The position numbers and the translations under genes were made by a program. The notes under the pieces are model-generated. The model made no database searches, was not told the DNA's origin, and was given only the letters and a program-made list of their open reading frames with translations. Positions 57,015 through 64,000 of a stretch of DNA of 64,000 nucleotides are shown in pieces. This DNA is from Sphingobacteriales bacterium (GTDB taxonomy: Bacteria > Bacteroidota > Bacteroidia > Chitinophagales > JADIYW01): assembly GCA_947460245.1 (NCBI GenBank), contig CANHGL010000005.1, forward strand, positions 25,121 through 89,120, written 5' to 3'. Numbering within the stretch: the first letter of the stretch is position 1; each line of letters starts with the position of its first letter.

Positions 57015-58783
57015 AAATACTTCTATATATAGTGTTATTTATATGTTTCTGTAAGCATTCACTTGCACAAGACAAAACCATACTCATCAATGAAAGCTTG
57101 AGATGTATTTCTATATCCAGTAAAATAACTAATCAGTCAATAAAGAAAGGCTATATCACACAGCAGATAATGCTAAAAAATTGTGAAAATCATATAAATG
57201 AATTGATGCTTGAACTACCTGCGCAACAATTTGAAAAAATATATTTTACACAAACAGAACAACATAAAATCAAAAGTAAATATAATTACACCTCAAAGAA
57301 AATGAGTGATAGAAGATATTATGACAGAAATATAATATTTCCAATATCACTAAAACCAAATCAAATCAGCCAAATTAATCTATACTTTAAGAAACCAAAT
57401 AAAGTCCAAAAAACAAAGGCATTATTATGGAAAAAAGATGCTAAGATTGCAAGAACAGAGGCACTTGAATTAACAAGGGGTATTCTTTATGGCATATTAA
57501 TATTATTTACACTTTCGGCCTTAATAGTATCTATTCTCATACAAAAGAGAAATTACTATTACTATGTATTATATCTAAGTACAGGTATAATCTATCTTTT
57601 CGTGAATAATAATTTAGGCAATGAATTATTATGGCCAAATTATCCATCTATTGATTTATTCCTAAAAAAAATAATGCTTTCTGCATACCTAATATCCTCT
57701 ATGGTATTTTTGAAAGGATTTATTGAAAGGCGTATTTATTTACCAAAACTACAAATGGCATTACAGTACTTTATATATTTTAGTTTAATACTGATTGCTA
57801 CATCTTTATCTATCTCATTTTTCTCCAATAAAGCACAGCTATTGTTTATAGAAATACAAAATATTTTTATATACCTAAGTATAATGAGTATAGTCTTAAC
57901 TTTTATATTTATTTACTTTAATACTCAGGAAAAATCTATCGTAAGCTTTACATTATTATACTTTTTATCATTTTCATTTTTTTTATTTTATCCTCAACCT
58001 GAATTTGGTGAAAATATCATGGGTGTTTACATTGGACAACTATACACCTATAGTAATGCATTTATTGTAGCTATCATAATTTGTTTTACTACTGTTTATG
58101 GTGTACTTCAAGTAATAAAGAATAATGAAGTTGTGAAAAAAGAAATGAGTATTGCGAATTCTGATAACACATTTTCTATTATCCACGGCCAACAAAATGA
58201 ACGCATACGAGTTGGAAGAGAACTACATGATGGTATTGGCATTATGATGTCTGCCATTAAAATGAAAATGTCATCCATAAATATTCAAGATATTGAAGAA
58301 GCTAATAATATTACACAAATCAATAAAGATATCGATACAATTTGCGCTACCATAAGAACATACTCCCATCTACTGTTACCACCTACTCTAAAGAAATTTG
58401 GATTGCAGGTAGCGCTCAAAGATATTCTGGAAGCCCATCGGATTCAAACAAAAACTAAAACTAAGTATAACCTAAATATACCTGATGAACTAACAGATAC
58501 ATCACAACAACTTATCCATGATATCATAAAGAGCTTAATAGCGTATTTCACAGCATTCCCTCCTGACGAATTACAGATTAGTATATTCATACTATCCTCT
58601 ATAAAAGAAGCACAAATTAGGATAAAGTATAAGGGAGTAAATATGAATTTAAAAAATACAGATATCCAATCTGTAATTACATCTGTTAATCTATTACAAG
58701 GTAATTTTCAAACTCAATTGATAAATGCATGGAATTATACAATTCATATAGAATTACCCGTATTATTTAAAGAAGAGAACTGA
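57011..58783 (+). CDS. 7TM-DISM sensor kinase paralogue B: canonical HisKA_3 H-box, degenerate ATP-binding domain
   Basis: Same architecture as paralogue A. The H-box NERIRVGRELHDGIG is intact, but the positions aligning with the N, G1 and G2 boxes read IIKSLIAYFTA, KYKGVNM and DIQSVITSVN. The start overlaps the upstream stop in ATGA. Confidence 0.7.
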   Translation: MKILLYIVLFICFCKHSLAQDKTILINESLRCISISSKITNQSIKKGYITQQIMLKNCENHINELMLELPAQQFEKIYFTQTEQHKIKSKYNYTSKKMSDRRYYDRNIIFPISLKPNQISQINLYFKKPNKVQKTKALLWKKDAKIARTEALELTRGILYGILILFTLSALIVSILIQKRNYYYYVLYLSTGIIYLFVNNNLGNELLWPNYPSIDLFLKKIMLSAYLISSMVFLKGFIERRIYLPKLQMALQYFIYFSLILIATSLSISFFSNKAQLLFIEIQNIFIYLSIMSIVLTFIFIYFNTQEKSIVSFTLLYFLSFSFFLFYPQPEFGENIMGVYIGQLYTYSNAFIVAIIICFTTVYGVLQVIKNNEVVKKEMSIANSDNTFSIIHGQQNERIRVGRELHDGIGIMMSAIKMKMSSINIQDIEEANNITQINKDIDTICATIRTYSHLLLPPTLKKFGLQVALKDILEAHRIQTKTKTKYNLNIPDELTDTSQQLIHDIIKSLIAYFTAFPPDELQISIFILSSIKEAQIRIKYKGVNMNLKNTDIQSVITSVNLLQGNFQTQLINAWNYTIHIELPVLFKEEN

Positions 58784-59715
58784 ATATCTATATCTGGATA
58801 GTCTCTCTTAAAGTTTGATAAAGCATCTTCAACTTTAGTTTGATAAGCAAAAGCAGATTGGGTTCCAGGATGTTTGATCTTATGCTGATAGAGCATTTTA
58901 AGTTTATCTATTCTGTCCATACAATTCAAAGTAGATGAAGACATATAGGAGTCTATAAATCGTTCCCAGATATATTGAATCGCTACATTATTGGGATGAA
59001 GCATATCTTCTGCGTAGAACCTATAATCCCTGAGTTCATCCATCATAATCTCATAGGCAGGAAAATACGTTATATTCCCGTACATCTCTTTTAGCTGATG
59101 AATACTTTCCAGGAGTATAGACTTACTTCTTGAATTTTCTACGGCTCCTTCTCTCCAGTGTCTTACAGGACTTACTGTAAATATGACAATCTTATTTTCG
59201 AGCAAAGGATGTATCTCTTTATAGGCCAATAAAATATCATCTGTAGAAAGTATTCTCTTATCAAATTCAGATCCAGGTATTTTATGGCAATTTGCAACTA
59301 TACTATCCCGCTCAATATGTCTGTACACAAATGAAGTACCTAATGTTATCAGTATATATTTACTTTCCTTTAATTGCTGATGGGCAATAGACAATCGATT
59401 ATTGATTTTCTCGAGCACCTGAGCTTTATTTAAACCAGAAAAACTACCATGGTGATCCAGGGAAAGGTATAAATCATTATAGTATAATAAATCCTTACTA
59501 GAATAATAATCTTCCGATACTATGCGTTGAATAGATTTAAAAATGGAGATTGGATTATATACTATTCCAAAAGGATTACAGTCCAACTCGAATCCATAAG
59601 AATGTAACATTCCTCCTATATTTTCTGTAAAGCATGATCCCAACATCAACAGCCTGTCAAGATGACAAATAGAGAATGGAGGCCTTTGTAGAAGAACTTT
59701 CGTGCTGAATTCCAT
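58744..59715 (-). CDS. GSCFA-domain protein
   Basis: N-terminal MLGSCFTENIG (GSCF motif) and SGNH-like block order. 323 aa. Confidence 0.7.
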   Translation of the reverse strand: MEFSTKVLLQRPPFSICHLDRLLMLGSCFTENIGGMLHSYGFELDCNPFGIVYNPISIFKSIQRIVSEDYYSSKDLLYYNDLYLSLDHHGSFSGLNKAQVLEKINNRLSIAHQQLKESKYILITLGTSFVYRHIERDSIVANCHKIPGSEFDKRILSTDDILLAYKEIHPLLENKIVIFTVSPVRHWREGAVENSRSKSILLESIHQLKEMYGNITYFPAYEIMMDELRDYRFYAEDMLHPNNVAIQYIWERFIDSYMSSSTLNCMDRIDKLKMLYQHKIKHPGTQSAFAYQTKVEDALSNFKRDYPDIDIQFSSLNNTGNSI

Positions 59716-59766
59716 TAATTTTAAGCTTTATTTTTATTTTGGAAAGATATTTGCTATTATTCGCTT

Positions 59767-61035
59767 ATGCAACTTTTCAGACCCTTATTCTTTATTGTAG
59801 TGCTGCTAATACCTGTATTGGCTATTTCCATACCCATGGAAAATAAGATCTATTCTGAATACATAAAAACGGTACAACTCTACCCTACCGGATATGACAT
59901 GGCACTTCCGGTAATAGGACTAAACACAGGAGAAACACTAGAATTACGGTTTGATGATATCTCCGGCAAACCAAAAAATTATTTCTATACCATTTTGCAG
60001 TGTCACAGCGACTGGACGCCTACTGCCATGAATATTATGGAGTACATAGATGGTTATAGTGAAGCAAATATTAATGATTATCAGCTATCCAATGGTACAA
60101 AAACAAACTATGTGCATTATACCATGAAATTACCTAATACTGATATGAAGATAAATAGGTCGGGAAATTATCTGCTCATAGTTTATGAAACAAATAAAGA
60201 CAACCCCATCTTCACCCGACGATTTATGATAAATGAGTCTAAAGTAGTAATTGATGCAGGCGTAGCCTACCCAAGAAATATGTCTTTAAGAGATAAATAT
60301 CAGGAAGTTGTCTTTAAAGTAAACTATAAGGGGTTTTCGATAGATAATCCGCCAATCGAAATAAAATCTACGGTATTACAAAACTACAGATGGGATAATG
60401 CAAAACTAAATATAACTCCGCAATTTACTGGTATCAATGAACTTAACTTTGATTTCAACGGAACCCTAACCTTCCCTGCATTGGGCAGAGAATTCAGATT
60501 CTTCGATCTAAGATCACTCCGATTTAGAGGACAGAATATCCGAAGCTTCGATATTACGGAAAATACAAATAATGTCTTCCTAACCTATGACTACCCTCAA
60601 CCACCATTTAAATATCAATTTATTAAAGACTTGAATGGTCAGTTCTATATTGAAAATCTGGATAATCCTTATTACAATACCGGTGCAGACTATGCGAATG
60701 TTCATTTTACGCTAGATTTTGGAAGCTTGATCAACAATGGTAACTTTTATGTAATTGGTGCGTTTAATAATTGGACTTGTGATGAACAGTCTAAAATGCA
60801 ATATGATCCAATGGACAAGGGCTACGCTGCAACAATTTCATTGAAACAGGGAAATTATAATTACTCCTATATCTTTAAAGATGAAAATGGTGCAACAGAT
60901 CAATTCTTAACAGAAGGATACTTTATGGATACAGAAAACGACTATACCATACTATTGTACTATACCCCTTTTGGTGAACGATATGACAGGCTTATTTCAG
61001 TGAAACATATTAATTCCCTATTAAACAGATATTAG
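59767..61035 (+). CDS. DUF5103-family protein (type IX secretion plug-like)
   Basis: Signal peptide, then IKTVQLYPTGYDMALPVIGLNTGETLELRFDDISGKPKNYFYTILQCHSDWTP, the characteristic N-terminal region of DUF5103. The family assignment is from memory. Confidence 0.55.
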   Translation: MQLFRPLFFIVVLLIPVLAISIPMENKIYSEYIKTVQLYPTGYDMALPVIGLNTGETLELRFDDISGKPKNYFYTILQCHSDWTPTAMNIMEYIDGYSEANINDYQLSNGTKTNYVHYTMKLPNTDMKINRSGNYLLIVYETNKDNPIFTRRFMINESKVVIDAGVAYPRNMSLRDKYQEVVFKVNYKGFSIDNPPIEIKSTVLQNYRWDNAKLNITPQFTGINELNFDFNGTLTFPALGREFRFFDLRSLRFRGQNIRSFDITENTNNVFLTYDYPQPPFKYQFIKDLNGQFYIENLDNPYYNTGADYANVHFTLDFGSLINNGNFYVIGAFNNWTCDEQSKMQYDPMDKGYAATISLKQGNYNYSYIFKDENGATDQFLTEGYFMDTENDYTILLYYTPFGERYDRLISVKHINSLLNRY

Positions 61036-61587
61036 ATGAAAGAATACCATTTAGAAAAAGGAGATTTGCTTATTGCAGAACCTTTTATGAAAGATCCAAA
61101 CTTTAAAAGAACAGTCACATTAATTTGTGAGCATCATAATGAGGGTACCTTAGGTTTGGTGCTCAACAGACCTTCCATCTTCAAGATCAACGAAATGATT
61201 CCAAACTTTCCTTCATTTAAAGGTGATGTATATTATGGCGGACCTATTGGACTGGATCGCCTAAATTATCTGCATGCTTATGGAGATATACTGGAAGGTT
61301 CCTTTCATATTAAAGATAATATATACTGGAATGGAAATTTTGAACAGCTAAAAGAACTCATTAAGGAGAAAATCATTTTACCACAAAATATTAATTTTTT
61401 TGCTGGCTATGCAGGATGGGAAGCAGATCAACTACAAGAAGAAATGCAGGATGAAAGCTGGATAGTATGTAAGGATCATCCAGAGTTATTTAAAATGAGT
61501 ACCTATATGTGGCAGGAAGTACTTGTAAAAATGGGTGGTAAAAATAAACTAATTTCTACCTTTCCGGAAGATCCACTTCTCAACTAA
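61036..61587 (+). CDS. YqgE/AlgH family protein
   Basis: 183 aa. LLIAEPFMKDPNFKRTVTLICEHHNEGTLGLVLNRP and YYGGPI blocks. Confidence 0.8.
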   Translation: MKEYHLEKGDLLIAEPFMKDPNFKRTVTLICEHHNEGTLGLVLNRPSIFKINEMIPNFPSFKGDVYYGGPIGLDRLNYLHAYGDILEGSFHIKDNIYWNGNFEQLKELIKEKIILPQNINFFAGYAGWEADQLQEEMQDESWIVCKDHPELFKMSTYMWQEVLVKMGGKNKLISTFPEDPLLN

Positions 61588-62900
61588 CCTAAGGCTGCTT
61601 TATATACTTCAAGGCATCTGTTGCGCGCGAAAGTATGCTCTACAATGGGTTTAACATAAGTCAATTCACTATACTCTGGAACCCATTTTTTGATATACTT
61701 TAAATCCTTATCAAATTTTAAAGTCTGTAATGCAGGATTAAAAACCCTGAAATAAGGTGCAGCATCAACACCTGTTCCCGCTGCCCATTGCCAACCTCCA
61801 TTATTGGAAGACAATTCATAATCTAATAATTTTTTAGCAAAATAAGCCTCGCCCCACCTCCAGTCAATTAATAAATGTTTAGTTAAGAAACTGGCAACAA
61901 TCATACGAACCCGATTGTGCATAAAGCCAGTTGTATTTAACTCACGCATTCCGGCATCCACAATAGGGTAACCTGTCCTCCCCTCACACCATGCAGCAAA
62001 TTCATCGATATTATTTCTCCATTGAATTTTATCATATTGAGGCTTAAACGACTGTGAAACAACACGTGGATAATGATATAAAATCATCATATAGAATTCT
62101 CTCCAGATTAATTCATTTAAAAAAATCTGATTGTTTGAAGCTAAAGCCTGACGAGCTAGCTTTCTAATAGAAATAGTACCAAATCTTAAATGTAAACTAA
62201 GCCTTGAGGTACCTAGAATACTTGGATAGTCTCTATTTTCCTGATAATGATTAATTAGATTATCCGAAACTATTCTATCTGGAAAAACAACATTCGATTG
62301 TAAAAACCCCATAGAATCTAATGAAATTAAATGCTGTACGGAGGACACCTTTAGGAAAGATGCAAATAAAGATTCCGAAGGATAAGATGCCAAAGAATCA
62401 TTTTGGAGTGTAAACTTCCATTTCTTACTGTAAGGGGTAAAAACATGATATGGGGTGCCATCATCTTTAACAACTTCCTTTTTTTCAAAGATAACCTGAT
62501 CCTTAAAGGAATAAAATTCAATGCTTTGCATTTTCAAAAAATCAGCAAATTGTGCATCTCTATTAATAGCATAAGGCTCGTAATCGTGATTTGTAAAGAC
62601 CTTTTTTACTGAATTAGTAGTTAAAATTTGCTTCCAAACTTCTGAAGGTTTTCCATAATAAATATTCAAATCTGAACCTAACGCTATGAGTTTATTTTTT
62701 AAATATTCTAACTCCTTATAAATAAATAAAACTCTATTATCTTTTGTAAGCGTGTTTCCATCCTTCAAATCATCCAGGATATCAACATCAAAAATAAATA
62801 TTGGCAAAACAGGATAACCTGATTTTAGTGCATAATATAAAGCAGTATTGTCTTCCAAGCGAAGATCTCTTCTAAACCAATGTATTGCTACTTCATTCAT
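61584..62900 (-). CDS. Cryptochrome/photolyase family protein (deoxyribodipyrimidine photolyase or Cry-DASH)
   Basis: IHWFRRDLRLEDNTAL, WREFY, TGYPIVDAGMREL, NNGGWQWAAGTGVDAAPYFRVFNP. Confidence 0.85.
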   Translation of the reverse strand: MNEVAIHWFRRDLRLEDNTALYYALKSGYPVLPIFIFDVDILDDLKDGNTLTKDNRVLFIYKELEYLKNKLIALGSDLNIYYGKPSEVWKQILTTNSVKKVFTNHDYEPYAINRDAQFADFLKMQSIEFYSFKDQVIFEKKEVVKDDGTPYHVFTPYSKKWKFTLQNDSLASYPSESLFASFLKVSSVQHLISLDSMGFLQSNVVFPDRIVSDNLINHYQENRDYPSILGTSRLSLHLRFGTISIRKLARQALASNNQIFLNELIWREFYMMILYHYPRVVSQSFKPQYDKIQWRNNIDEFAAWCEGRTGYPIVDAGMRELNTTGFMHNRVRMIVASFLTKHLLIDWRWGEAYFAKKLLDYELSSNNGGWQWAAGTGVDAAPYFRVFNPALQTLKFDKDLKYIKKWVPEYSELTYVKPIVEHTFARNRCLEVYKAALG

Positions 62901-63669
62901 AATTGTATTGTGTATTATCTGTTAATATTTTTATATCCGAAACTACATTTTTCACTGAAGCTGCTGAATACCTTCTGTCCTCTATATATTCAACCCATCG
63001 AATACCTTTTACAGCATTGGTAATAAAGACACCATCAGCTAAATATAGATCTTCCATTGATACCGACCTTTCTATAACCTTCAAAGCTAACGCATTGTTT
63101 ATGATAAACGCTCTAAAGACCCCCATAACAGGCCCCTCCGAAAGAGATGGGGTAATAATACTTTGATCCTTTACTATGAAAATATTACAAATAGAGGTGT
63201 CCGAAATTCTATTATACCCATTAAGTACAATAGCATCATTATAATTATTTTCTTTTGCATATAGTGCCGCACGATCATATATGCCTCTTTCAGTATGTTT
63301 CAAATTCATAAAAGGCTCAATAGGCTTTTTATATTTGGGTAAATAAGCCAGCGTTAAACCTTTTTCATTAAAAGAATATATATTTTTTTCTAAAGGGCTA
63401 ATCTTACAACTCCAAATAAGATCGCTTAAACACGGGATACAATCATTTACCCTGATTTTATGTATCTCGATTCGTAATCTAAAATCCTTAAATCCATTTC
63501 CTAAACACTCATTTTCTAAAAGGCTTAGTAATTTGGCTTCAATAGAAATTGCTGATACGTTAACACCTATAGCATTTAGGCTATCTGTTAAACGTGAAAC
63601 ATGAAGGTCTTTAAAGACCAGCTTGCCATTTAGCACTTTTATCGTCTCTATTAATCCAAAATTAGACAA
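62893..63669 (-). CDS. Class IV aminotransferase-fold protein (aminodeoxychorismate lyase-like)
   Basis: 258 aa. Candidate PLP-Lys block NLKHTER, followed by DAIVLNGYNRISDTSICNIFIVKDQSIITP and FITNAVKGI. TTG start overlapping the upstream gene's stop. Confidence 0.6.
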   Translation of the reverse strand: MSNFGLIETIKVLNGKLVFKDLHVSRLTDSLNAIGVNVSAISIEAKLLSLLENECLGNGFKDFRLRIEIHKIRVNDCIPCLSDLIWSCKISPLEKNIYSFNEKGLTLAYLPKYKKPIEPFMNLKHTERGIYDRAALYAKENNYNDAIVLNGYNRISDTSICNIFIVKDQSIITPSLSEGPVMGVFRAFIINNALALKVIERSVSMEDLYLADGVFITNAVKGIRWVEYIEDRRYSAASVKNVVSDIKILTDNTQYNYE

Positions 63670-64000
63670 ATCTTAATTTTAAAAATAAAATACAAAAAAA
63701 ATAAATTACCATTGAGCCATCATACACAACACTAATTTGCCATTTTTTCACATACTCAGATTTATACCATGCAAACCATTGTAGAAAAAAAATAAGCAAA
63801 CACAACATTAAAAAAAATGGCAAGACTATAATCATTGAATGGGTGAAATAAAGAAACCAAAAAAACAGACCTAACAAATACACACCTCCCAAAAGAAGCA
63901 TTATTATTTTAGTAGTCTTTATGCCAAAAATAACTGGTATAGTTTTTAGTCCTTTATTATAATCAGATCTAAGATCATTAATATCGAATGGTAAACAAAT
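63662..64000 (-). CDS. UbiA-family prenyltransferase, C-terminal part (5' end outside window)
   Basis: The reading frame stays open from 63901 to the window edge. Translated by hand it gives ...ICLPFDINDLRSDYNKGLKTIPVIFGIKTTKIIMLLLGG..., the second Asp-rich motif region of UbiA prenyltransferases, followed by hydrophobic helices. Confidence 0.6.
   Translation of the reverse strand: MCLPFDINDLRSDYNKGLKTIPVIFGIKTTKIIMLLLGGVYLLGLFFWFLYFTHSMIIVLPFFLMLCLLIFFLQWFAWYKSEYVKKWQISVVYDGSMVIYFFCILFLKLRFV

Noticed and set aside
1-64000. A search for CRISPR arrays, IS elements or transposases, integrases, phage genes, toxin-antitoxin pairs, tRNA/rRNA/tmRNA genes and selenocysteine recoding.
   Set aside because: No regularly spaced repeats were seen. 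No ORF has transposase, recombinase, phage or TA motifs. All intergenic gaps are 250 nt or shorter, AT-rich and lack cloverleaf-like GC-rich segments. The Gpx active site uses a Cys codon rather than TGA.

Overview
Dense, almost entirely protein-coding chromosomal segment with about 65 genes on both strands. It appears to come from a low-GC member of Bacteroidota. This is inferred from several features: a 288-aa RpoD, LepB with a long N-terminal membrane extension, and DUF5683, DUF4199, DUF4294 and DUF5103 (T9SS-plug-like) proteins. TAnnTTTG -7 promoter boxes and the absence of Shine-Dalgarno sequences point the same way. Content is mostly housekeeping: parAB, dapB, lepB, glmM, holA, mtgA, folC, ftsE, hemE, gyrA, rpe, rpoD, rpsO-pnp, yajC, coaE and trxB. 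I saw no rRNA, tRNA, CRISPR array, transposase, integrase or phage genes. Supported non-coding features are a cobalamin riboswitch in front of a btuB-like TonB-dependent receptor, several intrinsic terminators, a few candidate -7 promoter boxes and two short intergenic repeats. The most unusual observation is a translationally coupled pair of paralogous 7TM-DISM sensor histidine kinases (55200-58783). One has lost the phospho-acceptor His but keeps the ATP-binding boxes. The other keeps the His but has lost the ATP-binding boxes. No response regulator is nearby, and the pair sits divergently next to an aceK homologue. Secondary leads are: the gene set of the B12 riboswitch locus (propeller lipoprotein, Nudix, small membrane protein); a STELLO/DUF288-like plus Dpm1-like GT2 pair; a membrane-anchored sulfotransferase and a P450 flanking mtgA; and a thiol-redox cluster preceded by a perfect direct repeat. 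All functional calls come from reading motifs by eye. No database search was run.
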